Below are positions 27,626 through 41,684 of a stretch of DNA of 64,000 bases, piece by piece. The notes beneath the pieces are model-generated. The model made no database searches. It was not told the DNA's origin and saw only the letters and a program-made list of their open reading frames with translations. Each line of letters starts with the position of its first letter. Within the stretch, counting starts at the first letter, position 1. Origin of the DNA: Eledone cirrhosa (lineage: Eukaryota); contig CAXHJY010000522.1 of NCBI GenBank assembly GCA_964016885.1, positions 124,001 to 188,000 on the forward strand. Reading direction: 5' to 3'. The position numbers and the translations under genes are program-made.

Positions 27626-27820
27626 AGGGCGGTGGATTGGCAGAATCTGTAGAGAGTCGGACACCATGCTTCATAGCATGGAGTTACGTAACTTTACGGT
27701 CTGAGTTCAAATACCGCCGAGGTTAACTTTGCCTTTCATCCACACGGGGTCGATAAAATAAAGTACCAGTAATGTACTGGGTAATTGCTGGCCTTGTGCC
27801 AAAAGTAGAAACAATTATTA
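27626..27820 (+). mobile_element. tRNA-derived SINE with Meta/Sauria-like central domain; other copies (mostly minus) near 25085, 25265, 36950, 39875, 42665, 43800, 47335, 55130 and 55530
   Basis: B-box-like gagttcaaat, central gcctttcatcc...ggggtcgataaaataaagtaccag, tail ggccttgtgccaaaagtagaaacaatt. Confidence 0.8.
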
Positions 27821-27949
27821 GAAACATTGCTTCATTTTTACATATCTAAGCATTAGTAAAATAACTAATAATTTCAAAAGTAATTTTTCAATTCCAATTG
27901 TTATGAACAGCAAAACATTAATAATAATTTTGTTCTAAGAAATATATAT

Positions 27950-28127
27950 ATATATATACACAGAAATATATATACATTTCTATGTGTAATATATATATAT
28001 ATATACACACAGACATATATATACATTTCTGTGTGTGTAATATATATATATATATACACACAGAAATATATATACATTTCTGTGTGTGTAATATATATAT
28101 ATATATATATACACACACAGAAATATA
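27950..28127. repeat. Minisatellite of ~45-50-bp units built around (TA)n
   Basis: cagaaatatatatacatttctgtgtgtgtaa(ta)n repeated 3-4 times. Confidence 0.8.
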
Positions 28128-28389
28128 TGGGCATTTCTCTATTTGTCTGTCTGTCTGTCCTTCCCTAAAACCAAAATGTAGGTGCTACAGAAATATTACC
28201 TTCCCCTTCCTTTCTCCACTTTGGTACTACCAAGAGAAACACTGTTGCTATAGAAACATTACCTTCCCCTCTCCACTGACTTTGATCACTGAGGTCGAGG
28301 GAATCGCTGGTTGCTATAGAGACACCTTGCACAAGCCAGAAGTAACCAGTTCGAGGCGGTTCTGACTTGACACCATGCCAAGTCTGCTT

Positions 28390-28894
28390 ATAATATATAA
28401 TGGGCATTTCTCTATTTGTTTGTCTGTCTGTCCGTCATGTAAAAAATGCCAAGGAAACAAATAGACGTGGTTTCAAATCTCTATGCTTTTCAAATTCATT
28501 ACATTAATCTTTATTTATACGTTTTGCTTTACGAGTGTTTCGACTTACGAGTGTTTCGGCTTATGAGTGTTTCGGCTTATTATATATAAACGTTTCTATT
28601 TCCATCGTTTTATCGTAAACGTTTATATATTTCCATCGTTATATCATAACGTTTATGTATCATAACGTTTATATTTCCGTCACTAATCTCTTTTTCTCCT
28701 TTTTCATTTTAACATATATTTATTTCAAAGATTTCACCGTATAGATAACATATATATTTATCCATGCATAAAAGACACACCGAGAGATGGTGAACATGTG
28801 GTGCCGAAAACATTTCTCATCCAAATCTCAACAATATCAGTATATACACTAGATTTGCTAGCAGAAAACCGCCCACCGGGTGGTTTTCTGCTAG
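28390..28894 (+). mobile_element. Non-autonomous Helitron-like element with palindromic 3' end
   Basis: 5' tataatatataa...(gtct)n; 3' ctagcagaaaaccgccc-acc-gggtggttttctgCTAG. Confidence 0.6.
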
Positions 28895-29540
28895 TCCATG
28901 TATATAAAACTGAGGATGTCTGTCTGTGTGTGAGCGAGTTTGAATCCCGAAAACTCGAGAACCACACAACCGACTGTTTTCAAACTTTACACATGTAATA
29001 CTTATGTACTTATGTTTCAGGAAGTGTTCTGAGCAAAAATAATTTCAAATTTTCAATGACCTAGGGACCACATTAGACGATTTAGCGATCTCTCTCTATA
29101 ATTCTTCGTCTTTCTCTTTTTAGATAGATACATACATATAACGTCGCGCCCTTATAATATCTGTCTGTATGTCTGACTGTCTGCATTACGTCACTTCCCC
29201 AATGATGTCTGTCTCGGTGTGTGTCTGTGAGTTTGAATCCCTAAACTCGAGAAGTACCCAACCAATTTTTTTCAAACTTTACATGTGTATTACTTATGTT
29301 TCAGGGAGTGTTATGCACATAAAAAAAATTCATTTTCTTTATCCCCTAGGGCCCGCATTAGGTGAAAACCTGCATTTTTCCTGCTTCATCGAGGAAAATC
29401 TTAAAGATTATCCAGCCATCAGAGTATTCTGTTTATTTTCTTTACATATTGTCCAAGCATGCAGTTTTTCCACGATTAGGTCTGTTGGCAGCCCGCGTTC
29501 CAAAATACCTTATCCCATGCAACGCTGGGTACCACTGCTA

Positions 29541-29541
<1 letters not shown>
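28895..29541 (+). mobile_element. Non-autonomous Helitron (same family as 51834-52750)
   Basis: 5' TC..tatataaaactgaggatgtctgtctg; 3' gcaacgctgggtaccactgCTAG; no TSD. Confidence 0.8.
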
Positions 29542-29574
<33 letters not shown>

Positions 29575-32500
29575 AAGTATATAGATGGAAAAATTATCTT
29601 TTAAATCATATCCAATTCCTTACACATGTTTCAAGGGAGATGCACATCCAATTATTCTAAAATGTTATGAAACAATTCACATAATCAATATCTATACAGA
29701 GGCAATTATATATATATATATATATAGGCAATGGTATATAGGTATATATGGGCATTTCTTTGGAGAAATAAAATCAAGTATCAAATAGAAGCAGAACATG
29801 TCTGAAATACAATTCGTAACTTAGGCAGGTCGGAGGATCTTAGGAGATCCATTAGTATGGCACAAAATATTAAAACTAAAGTTTTTTTTCTAGGTCTCTC
29901 TCACAATGTTATTTTTCTAATTTTTAAAATTGCCTATAGTGTATGTAAAATTGAAATATGACCTATCTACCAGTATAACTTTACATAGGTGTATATACAC
30001 AGTATTTTGTCATATTCTAGCTTATACAGTGAAAATCAACTTCACCTTTCAACCTCCTAAGGTAAATAAATACTTAAGGCTCAATACAATTACTGCTCCC
30101 TGCCTACCCATTGAACTTTCTTCTCTTATGCCTATCTTAGAAATCTACATTATATAACAAAATCTTTCATTGTACATTTATGACCAAATAACTATCATCC
30201 TTTACTGACAACATTGTTTGAGCATTGTTAATTTTAATGATTGACCTAGTTTGTGATCAGTTGCTGAACAGGTCAACAACATCAGTTACAAACACTGAAG
30301 AGAAGTAGACAAAAAAAAAAATCACAAAACCTGTACAATATTTTTAATACGACTATCATTTTTCACACTTAACCTTATTGTTGGTGTTAAAAGTTTTTTC
30401 TATGATTACATCTATACTGTTCTGATTGGTTTCATCTCCAATTGTGATCAGATGTCTTATTCCCAAATAATTATATAGTAAAAGACTGACTGAGGTATAA
30501 ACTAGGAATCTTTATTTCTGAACTAATACCATTCTTACATCTACTGAGACATTAGACATGTAGAATTTGATAGTAAGTGATTTGATCTGAGATCATGTGT
30601 TCTATTTAATATATTGAAACATTTATAATAATGATTTGATTTGGAATCAAGTGTTGTAACTAATATTATTTTTATATCAACTGGGCCATTGACTAATGTA
30701 CATAGTAAGTGATTTGACCTGGGATCAAAACAAAAACAATTTATTTTTACTTATCACCATCACCACCACCACATCAATGTTTATTTTCAACAACCTTCCT
30801 TTAGATTTTAGGTAAGAACTTATGTTATGTTCTAAACACTAGCTTAATAATGAGAAAATTTGTTGCATTACTAAATCCCATCAATATTTTGATTACTCTC
30901 AAATTCATGATATGTCTTATAAAAATATGGTAACAAATAGATTAATCAGGTAGGGTAGGAGTAAAGGTGTTCTTGATACATGGCAGTATTCAGAGTAATA
31001 TGTTGACGAGGGATTAGTATGGGATCATTGCAGAGTAAAGTGTGGTTTAATAGATGACATTAGCAGAGGAAAGTAATTAATACATCCAACATTGTAATGA
31101 ATTTATAGCATGTGGTAAGTGGTGTTAAGGTAGGGAGTTGAGGAGTAACTTAAATTTGACAAATAAAATAGTGTTATGCATCCATTAATAGATGACACCA
31201 ACTTGAGTAGATAATCCAAGAAGCAATAGCAACATCTATATGAGGGATAATTAGTTGGTGTGGGGTCTGGAGAGTTAAAGAGGGGCTTGTTAATATCCAA
31301 CACCATACCTAAAAAAAAAATTCAGACCATTTCAATTTGGAGAGCCAAACACTGCCTGGAGGTTCTCAGAATTAGAAGTAAAATGATGAGCAGTAACTGA
31401 CTCTCAAATATTCACATGTTAAAACAACTTTAGCAATGAGCAGCCTCTCTCTCAAGAGTTGTCAATAATGTGCTCTTTAAACCACTTGATACCAACCCAT
31501 CTGAGAAAGGATTGAGGTCCCTTGCATTGAAATATCCAAAATCTCTGCTATGAGATGTAATCTCATAAGAGGCCAGCCAGGGCTGTATTACACCTAAGAC
31601 TAGCCTATGAGGCCCACAGGGACCAAGAGGTCGATGATTTTTCTTTTTTTCTTTTTTTGCTGTAGTGGGTTGAAAGATTTAAGTACCAGAGTGGAAGGAA
31701 ATACCTGAAAGCCCAGGTGGCAAGTTATGAGTCGATACAGTCTTGAAGCTAGCTAAACCTACACAGGTGAGAGTTGTAATAATAACCTATCTGAGATGAC
31801 GAGGTGGCAAATCAGCAGGTTGGTTAGAGAGTTGGATTAAATGTCATGCTCTATTCCTTCCAGCTCTCTATGGTCAACTATGAATTTCATCTTTTCAGAA
31901 TCAATAAATAAAGTTCCTCAGTTTATTGGATTTGTAGAATCATTAGAGTGTCAGGCAAAATGCATTGCAGTATCAATTTTCACTCTGTGTATTTTGAGTT
32001 CAAATCCTGATTCTTTTCACCAGAAACATAGCAACATGATAAAAATGCAGTCCCTTTTATTAAAACACTCAAGAAATCTCCAATGAGAAGCAACATCATT
32101 TGAGATCAGCTAAACCTATACAGGTGTGAGAGTCATAACAACAAAAACAGCATCAACTTCTTATTCTAATCCTTCCATTTGAAGTGTTTCTATTTAAAGT
32201 ATGTCCTCTTAAAATCCAGCTTAATAAGGAAAAATGTTTTATTGAATCTCTTCAAATTCTTTAGAAAAGAGTTAACTACATTTCACAAAGAAAAAAAAAG
32301 AAACAGAAAAAATCCCAGATTTGAACAAATTAACATTTTTAAATACCTCGTAAATACCTATAAAAAAATTATAGGTGCATCAGATTCATTTGTCAATGTG
32401 AGTTTTCAAAGCTATTTTAATCTTGACACAACACATGACAAGGAAGAAAGGAAAAAGAAAACAAAAACAAAAAATCAAAACAATAGGTGTCAAGGTGATT

Positions 32501-33224
32501 GCTTCTGTTGTAAAAGTACAACAGTATTTACTGTCATAGTGTGGATGATTACCACCTTATACCAGAGGAGGCATAGTTGTGTATTTACTGTTATTGTGTG
32601 GGTGCAATATAACAAATTACCACCATATACCATATGTGGAGGTGTGGCTGTATGGTAAAATGCAATATAGTATTTACTATCACAGTGTGGTTGCATATAA
32701 TACATTACTGCCTTATACCATATGTGTAGACATACGTGAGTGGTACAGTGGTTTGCTTTGAAATCATGTGGCTTCAGGTTTAAACCTATAACTCGAGTCA
32801 CTCTCTTCTACTATAGTCCTGAGCAAACCAATGCTTTGTCAGTGAAATTAAATATACAGAAACTGTGCAAAAGCCTGTTGTGTGTGCTGATGGTTAGGAC
32901 TCAACTCCATAAGAATTTGAACACTTTATCCATATTTACCCTGGCTATCTCTTTTATTTAGCACAGTCTCAATACACAATCTTCTATCTACCACACTTGT
33001 TAATATGGTTACATCGCATGAATTTTGTTATGAAAAGGATTTTCATGGTAGGCTGGTTTATATTTCACATTCTAATCACCATAAATCTGCTGCTCTAAGT
33101 AGTTACTTACATCAATTATAAAAGTGTTATTATTTAAAAGTCTTTTTTTAGAATTCATAAATCATACTTGGAAAAGATAAATACAGTTAGATAAAAAAAA
33201 ACAAAGAAGAAATGGGGACAAACA

Positions 33225-33555
33225 CTACACCATCTGTTAGACAGTCTATCTCAGCTATGCCCAGAGGACAAGATGACAATCACCACACTCTCTGTTGGAC
33301 ATTATATCTCAGCTATGCACTGTGAACAATATAGCAAACCCTACACTCTCTGTTGGACAGTATATCACAGCTATATCACATAGACAAAATAAACTCTACA
33401 CCCTTAGTTAGGCAGTATATCTCAGTTATATCTCATAGACAAGATAAACTCTACAACCTTAGTTACGCAGTATATCTCTGTTATATATTATAGACAAGAT
33501 AAATTCTACACCCTGTTTGACAGGATATCTCAGTTATATCTCATGGACAAGATAA
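33225..33555. repeat. Minisatellite, ~55-60-bp unit, about 6 copies
   Basis: Repeats of ctacac..ctgttggacagtatatctcagctatatctcatagacaagataaa. Confidence 0.85.
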
Positions 33556-35704
33556 CAAAAGTGTTGTCATTAAGAATAGCCAAGCAATACCTGCTGCATC
33601 AGTTATTTCACCTTAGAGAGTCTCTTCTTCACACATAATGCCCTTATCTTGATTCAGTGGAGGAAACCATCAGTCCAATGTTTTAAGACACTACATTTAT
33701 GTACTATATAAGTATCCATTGAGTTTTAATAAAAACAAAATTACTAGTCACATCAATGCGGTTTAATTAGTCACTTACAATGTTACATCTCATAAGGCTT
33801 TTTTGAGTGTTTTAATGATAGGGATCCCAGTCCTATCATGTAAAGCAACATAAACTGAAACATTTTTCTCAGAACACAATGCACCACCAGAGTCATGAAT
33901 CAAATCCATGACCTTATGATTATGAGTCCACTTGGGCTGCAGGCCTTCACATTTGGTTTTAGTATGAAAAGAGCAACTCAGGTCAATGTCATATTAATCT
34001 GCTTCATAGATGAGACCAAATTAAAACCAATGAAAAACAATTGCAAGTATAAGGATTTTCTCCAAGTGTTTGAGTTCACATTCAAGAGAAAGTTTGGATC
34101 GATGAAGGTGGGGTATATTTATGGATTGAAAATGTGTAGATGGTTTACCACTTCTGTGACCATATTTCTAATGAAATACACCCTTGTTCAATTAACTAAT
34201 AAAGAACTTTGAGAAATTTAATAAAATCATAAATTATTTCATTACTAAGACAGTAACTTAACATATGGTTCTTGTATAAAATTGGAAGATTTTAAGTTAA
34301 ATAGGAAACATTTAAAATGGATGATTTTGTTTCATAGAAGCAGAGAGTTTTGGCAGAACTGGTATCAAAAAGGTTAAGTGAAAAAATGCTTGATGACTTT
34401 GAATATATTCAGATCCACTTTAACAACGTCAAGAAGTATCAAGAATGAAACAATAATATAACTGCAGTAATTATAGTAGGATCAATGTCTCTGTTTCAGT
34501 CTCTCAAAGTAAACCAAGATAAACCTTTTAAAATCAATAAACCTTTGAGATAGAACAAATGAATATGACAGAGAAAAGTCATTCACAAAGGGTGGTAATA
34601 TGTATGCTCTCCTCAACTGGATGTGTGATGCAACTTGTGGTAATGTTTTAGGACCAAGTTTATGTAGAAACTATCATAAAATCATTAAAAAAAAGGTGGA
34701 TAAAGACAATGAGTTGTGGCAAGAAAATGACAAAGGAAAGGCTATGGACGATTCCCAAGAAGTGGAAACCTCCAGTAATCCAGATCCATACACCAGATGA
34801 GGAAATGTATTTAGAGCAAGATTTTAAAGGATTATAAAATTGAATACTTTCTTCTATTATCAATAAAATATAGCTTTTAAGCATCATTAACCTTGAAGTT
34901 AAAATTCATAAATTATTTATCAGTTAAGGTATCTTATCTAAGGTTGTAACTGTCAATAAAATAACTTTCAAGCAACATTTATTTTAAGAGCTATACTAAA
35001 GAATGCAATAATAATTTCAGTGTTTCTGCATGCAATAAACTGCAATTATTTAACATTAAACTGTCATTACTCACATAGATTATGATATACATAATGTTTC
35101 TGAGGTCAGAATTTTGGTACATCAACCATATGTGAAACATGCAAATCTTACACATTTATGAAATGCTATAATGTTATTTTCTGGGAAACCCAATAACCAT
35201 AAATACTTATTTCCTGTGAATTCATTATTGCATTATCATAAAATTGCTCAGATCCTGTGTGTATATGGCTTAGAATAGGTAAACTATATGTGTATATCAT
35301 CATCATCATTTTACGTCTGCTTATCCCTGCTTGCAAGGGTTGGACATGTCCTATTCAGCACAGCATCTCTCCATAAGAGAAAACAAAAATAGAGGAAGGG
35401 TGTCTGGCTGCAAAACATTGCTTTAAAATGAAAGAACACCATACATATAAAGCCTTTGATGGGGCCTGCAAGATTAACCCACTAAAGCAGGGTTGGAGAG
35501 GGTGCGGCTGCTTTAAAATGCTAACTGCATGAAATTGTGTAGACAACATGCATAATGTAAATGTGACTGGCTGGTTGGCTTCAGGGGTGTTCCAATCAGT
35601 GTTTATGGTTGCTGTATGATATATTATAATGCATGCTATAATGTTAGCAATTGTAAGTACTACTACCCCACTTGGTAATATAGGTGACAACTTATCAGAA
35701 AAAC

Positions 35705-35987
35705 AGCTGCCTGCCTAAGGAAGGAGCCCCGTGAGACAGAGTGGCTGTGGCAGTTGGTGTCACTGACCGTTCCTCGTGGCAATGCCATTGCCATTTTGTC
35801 TGCAGGACACAGCTGAGAGATACTGCTCAGACTGGGATGTAGAATCTGTCACTCCCACTCTTCCCTTCCTTTTATTGTTTAATTTCTTCTTTCATTTAAT
35901 TTATTTTCTTTTTCTTCATTTCCTTATTACTTTGTATAAATATTTCTGTAAATAAAGATAATTTCTTCATGAGAGATAAAAAAAAAA
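35705..35987 (+). mobile_element. 3' end of a CRE-like (RLE) non-LTR retrotransposon
   Basis: EPRETEWLWQLVSLTVPRGNAIAILSAGHS* resembles the C-terminal 'QRxSxAxxRGNA' motif; T-rich UTR, AATAAA and A10 tail. Confidence 0.5.
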
Positions 35988-37044
35988 CCTTGCTGGAGTT
36001 ACAGTGAATCATACACAGAAAATGTTAAGAGCACTGCTCCTATTAACTACACTATAGTAAAGATTTACATTTCATCTCCTTTTAAGTCAGTCCTTAGAGA
36101 GAATTTTTCAGACTTAAAACATTAACATCAATATCACAATTTATGACAGTTTAACTATAGGGAAGGAGCGGTGCCTAATGGTTAAGCTATTGGGCTCATG
36201 ATTATAATGGCATAGTATGTTCTTGAAGAAAGTACTTTATTTCATATTGCTCTTTCAGCCTTGAGATAAATCCTGCTTACTGATAGTATCAGCAACAGAA
36301 AGATTGTTTCTAAGGTTGGATCCTTTCCCTTTTAATATGTAAGTGCAGACACAGAAGATATCCTGGCTTTCCCCCTAACTCTCAGTGTGTAAACACGCAT
36401 GTTCAACTTTATTCAAAATATACAAATTAATTCTGCTCTCATTTGTATATAACATATTCCTATTTTACTTTGTCATCTAAATAACTTATATTTTCATTTT
36501 CTTCAGCATCATCATCAAATTCTCCACAGGCTAGAGAGATCTAAATGCCTGAAGCAATCAACAGAAGGTTATGTGTGTGCTCCTGATTTTCATGGAATTT
36601 TATTTCTGCAATTTTGGTCAAAAATAAATCCAAACAGAACAGTATCCATTTCATAAGTGGTAGTAATATCTGTTGTATCTATATATAGTAACACAAATCA
36701 ATATAATTGGTAGCTATTGTGATTAAGCATGCATGCACAGTTTAATTATATAAACTTAGTGTTAACACATGTTCATGTGGGGTTAAAAAAATTCACTTCA
36801 GAGCCATGTGGTTTCAGGCTCAGTCCCACTGTGTGGCAACCTCTGCAAGTGTCTTCCTCTATCATCTCAAGAAGACCAGTCCTCATAAGGGAATTTGGCA
36901 GATGGAAACTGTAAAGAAGTTTGCGTGTGTGTGTGTGGGAGTGGGATCGATTCCAGTACTTTTACTTTATATATTGACCCGTCTCCCAAAAGGATAAAAG
37001 GTAGAGTTGAGTTCGACAGGATTTGAACTCAAAGAACGGAGAAC

Positions 37045-37390
37045 CACCTGTCAGCCTATCTCTCCTCAATCTCTTCCAGCCACACCCTCATCAGCGAGAT
37101 CCTCCACAAAATGACAGAACCTAGCATGGCCAGGGAGCTGGAATAAGCTCTGGCTTATTAGACAAATGAAGGCCTTGCCATCCCCAGTATACCAATGTCC
37201 AACATAACTGGGATGACAACGAGTGCAAGTCCACCTTCATGCAGATCAAGTCTTTCTTGACCAACGCTGTCTTGCCTGTCTACACTCCACCTCACAACCA
37301 AACAGTGGTGCTTGGCTCAATTTAATGCCTTTCTCATCAACCAGCGCCCTTTGGAGTGGCACAGTACCCCAGGCTCCACATGTCTGAGCT
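37045..37390 (+). mobile_element. Possible Gypsy RT-RNase H connection fragment
   Basis: WDDNECKSTFMQIKSFLTNAVL resembles WxxECxxAFxxLKxxLTxAPVL; GC-richer than the flanks. Confidence 0.35.
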
Positions 37391-37587
37391 ATTGTTTTCC
37401 TTTTTCACATCCACTGATATTTACACACACACCCCATACCCACACATATAGCATATTAGTGTGTACTGTTTAGTTACTCATAGTTCACCAGTTTGAGCAC
37501 TCAATGCTAATATGTAGATCCACAACACTAGAGAACCTGTCATATACATGCCACAACTGAAGAGTCCTCTTGACATTATATATATAA

Positions 37588-39702
37588 TCATGATCATTGC
37601 AAGGGTTGGACGGGTCCTATTCAGCACAGCATCTCTCCACTTGTCACGGTCCTTCATCATCTCCTCGGTGAGTTTCAGCGATCTGAGGTCTGCTCTCACC
37701 ACCTCCGCCCATGTTTTTCGTGGTCTACCTCTACTGGTCTTCCTTCTACTGGGATTTCTTGGCACTTATTACCCAGCAGTCATCCTCCATGCACATCACA
37801 TGTCCATACCATCTCAGCTTTCTCTCCCGCACACCACAACTTATCCCTCTTATACCCAGTTTCTTTCTCAACTCGTCCATGCTTGGTCGTTCACGCACAT
37901 TGGCATTAAACATCCAACAGAGCATACTTGCTTCATTTCTCTCTAGCCGTCGCATATCTTCTGCAGTTGCTTCCCATGTCTCACTACCATGCAGCATTTC
38001 GCATCTCACACAGGCATCATATAACCGTCCTTTCGTATGCAGGGAGAAACCCTTCTTAGTCAACAGAGGAAGCAGCTCCCTAAACTTCTTCCAACCCATC
38101 CTTATTCTAGATACTATGGCCTCGGAACACCCCCCTCCCATGCTAATCTGATCACCGAGGTACCGGAAGCTATCAACCACTTCTATAGAACCCACCTGCA
38201 TTGGAAAAATGTGTACCATTGCGACTCCTACTGTCAAATTTCCCTGTACATCTACTGCATACATAGTTTTCCCTACCTGTTAGTTTGCCTGCTATCCACT
38301 ACATCTCTTGTGTACCCAAGAACTGCATTGCGTACATTTTGTGGAATTTATGCCAGTTCCTTTCCTACATATCCAACATGGCCATTTCCCCGATGGAATC
38401 AGAATATTGTCCTCTCTTCTTCTTATCAACACTTTTGTTTTAGCTATGTTCCCTCAGGCCTCTTGATTCCAACTGTTGTTTCCATAGCCAGAATTTATTT
38501 TCTAGCTCCTCTACTGATTCTGCTATAAGAACCAGATCATCAGCATAGAGAAGTTCTCATGGGCAGCCAGTCTTAAATTCCTCTGTTATGGCTTGGAGGA
38601 CTATAATGAACAAGAGCGGGCTGAGGACTGAACTCTGATGTACACCTACTTGTATCTGGAATTCCTCACTCAACTCCATTCCTATTCTCACTTTACTGAC
38701 AGCACCTCTGGACATAGCTTGCACTGTCCTCACAAGCCATTCCTCTACACCTAGTTTCCTTAGGAACCACCAGATGACAGATCGGGGTACCCTATCAAAG
38801 GCCTTCTCTATGTCAACAAAAGCTAAGTTTAGTGGCATATTCTTCTCTATGAACCTCTGTTGTAGTTGCCTCACTAAGAAGAGGGCATCTGTTGTACTTT
38901 TCCGAGGCACAAAACCAAACTGCATCTCATCTAATTTGACTTGTTCTCTAATCAGTTGCGCTAATATTCTCCCTGCCACTTTCATAACCTGATCCATCAG
39001 CTTTATGCCCCTATAATTGCTCCTCTCTAGCGCATCCCCTTAACCTTTGTAGCAATTTATGAGAATACTGCTGGACCAGTCTTTGGGTATGACACCACCA
39101 TATATAGCTTGATTACTGATGCGTGCAACTAGTTTAGTGCCTACTTCTCCTGATACCTTCAGCATTTCAGCAACTATCCCCGACAGCCAGCAGCCTTACC
39201 ATTCTTCATTTCCTTAATTGCCTCTTGTACCCTATATTCGTCAATCTCAATAGCTGAACCCTCTGTCGGGTCTACTGGGGGTAATTTCTCTCTGTCCCAT
39301 TCGTTCTCCACATTTCATAATGACATTTCCAGGCCTCCTATTTTTTTTTTTATCATCCTTGCCACTAAGTACACCAGCATCATTCAGGACACACTTATCT
39401 CCAACAACATCCTGATCCATACTGACACACTGCCTTGCAATGCAGAACACTGCACATCTCTGAACATTGGTAAATCTCGTTGCAGAACATTAGCAAATCT
39501 CCTACTCTCAGCCTCCCTGCGCGCTAAGTACACCTAGCTTCTCTCTTAGCGGCTGTGTATCCTTCTCTTCTCCCACCGTTTTTCCAAGTCTTCCATGCCA
39601 GTCTTTTGTCTCTAATGGCCCTATCTACCATGCTGTTCCACCACCAGGTCACTCTCTGTCTGGTTGAAGCTCTGCCCCAACCACATTTTCTTCAGTAGCC
39701 TG
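37588..39702 (-). mobile_element. Degenerate RTE LINE (RT region, frameshifted)
   Basis: ORFs 38557-38997, 37746-38264 and 37478-37765 with QFGF, FVDIEKAFD, VHQSSVLSP, RWYGHV, RGRPRKTW. Confidence 0.93.
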
Positions 39703-40112
39703 CAGTATATATACAAGGTGTCCCCCCAAAATGTATACACGTATTTATTAGAATTCTGTTTAAGTGTGTATACATTTTTGTATCTAAACTATAATAAAGT
39801 AAGGAGTGCGGGACTGCATCCAGAATATATTTTTTATGCAGTTTGTAAAATAAGTAGGATTACTTTGAATAAATAATTGTTTCTACTTATGGCACAAGGC
39901 CAGCAATTAACCAGTACATTACTAGTACTTTATTTTATCAACCCCGAAAGGATGAAAGGCAAAGTTAACCTTGGCGGGATTTGAACTCAGTCCGTAAAGG
40001 GACGTAACTCTATTGCAAAGCATGGCGTCCGACCCTCTACCGATACTGCCAGTTCACCAATGAATGAATATTACATAATTCATCTACGTGGCTGTTCATT
40101 AAATATATTTTA

Positions 40113-40256
40113 CTAGCTTAGGTACCCAGCTTCGCCAAGGTTAACAAATGACAAGAGAAGACCGGCAGAAGAGAAAACGTCTGTATTGAATGCATTGTCT
40201 TGTTTACAGTGTGTGTGTATTGTGTGAGTGTGTGTGTATGTTTGTGTATATATATA

Positions 40257-40310
<54 letters not shown>

Positions 40311-41684
40311 TGCATGTGTGTGTATGTGTATATATATATATATAGGTGTGTGTGTGCCTGTGTGTGTGTGCATGTGTAAACCACCGTTGGAATCGGAGAC
40401 ATAGGCCGCGAAACACAATCATCATGGACAACGAACTTGCAAAGAGAATCCCTTATGGTTGATTCCCAACCTGCTAGAAATAGCAGTCAGGCTGGTTAGC
40501 ATAGGTGGTATGTCTTTCTTCTTCTTTGGTGTTATAAAATTAGTATCAATAAACTTTCCTGGATATATTCTTATCCCAATCCTGTACATACTTTACGATT
40601 GTCATTTTTCATTTTTTCGTGTGATACGCGAAGGAACCAACCAACAAACCATCTATCTTTTATATCTCTTTTATTTGTTCATTCAAAATATTTTTCAGCT
40701 AATTCTGTCGTACAATATACATCAGCAATCGTTATCTAATGTTTAAAACATATGAATAGCTGCGATATATGCACCATATCAATCAAAAACGATGAGAATT
40801 GAATACCATACTAAAGCCCCAGTAAGCTTGCTAAGAACCTGCAGATAGAAATGTTAATAAATATAACATTTGGCTTGGGTAAACTTTAAGATGTTCTTTC
40901 ATTGTAGGTTTCTTTTCTCAGCCAGTACGTTAAAGAAAATTGATAGTTACAACAATAAAGGTTGAGCAGAGAACAAATTTTTTAACAAATTTTACAATAA
41001 TTTGTACAACCATAATGCAAATTCCAAGTAACAGAAAATACATAAATTACATTGTTAGAGCCTCAGAGTATACAATATCTTTTGTTCGGCCCTCGGGAGC
41101 AAAGATGAAGAGATTGTTTGGCGAGCTCAACCTAGAGCATCCCATATACAATTGACCATGGTTTTCCCAGATGAAGGCCATCCACTTTTAGGGTGGCAAA
41201 TCGGCAGTAACAATGACGATAAGCCGTCTGTGCTTTGGTGAAATAAATACGTTTGTTTATATTTTGTTTTTGTGTATGCAAAAATATCTGTACACGGATA
41301 TATAATTATATATATATATATATTAAAATAATAGATTAAAGTTTAAGCAAAGAATCGCTGCTTTCACCCTTAACAGGATCTCTGAAACTAAAAAAATCAA
41401 TCTGTGAAACCAAAAGTAAATATTTCGAAAAACGTTGCAACCGAAAGAAAACAGTGAAGATGTTAGGAATGTCATATAACCGAAAGTGTTGACATTTGAA
41501 AATTTTAAAGAAGTGAATATTTAAATAATGTCTTTAATGTTTTAACAAAATTCAGTGGACAAAAATACACTCACTTTCTTACTTGGAAAAAGTTACATCT
41601 ATGGTGCAAATTTGGTGCTGTCTGGTCCAGCCGCTTGGCGGAAAGTTTGTTACTTACATACGGCCGTCAGCTTTATAGTATAGA
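40113..41684 (-). mobile_element. Non-autonomous Helitron-like element
   Basis: Minus strand begins TCtatactataaagctg and ends ggcgaagctgggtacctaagCTAG; A|T flanks. Confidence 0.65.

Noticed and set aside
34600-34800. 66-aa ORF with charged C-terminus
   Set aside because: No recognisable motif or splice context; likely chance or a decayed repeat.
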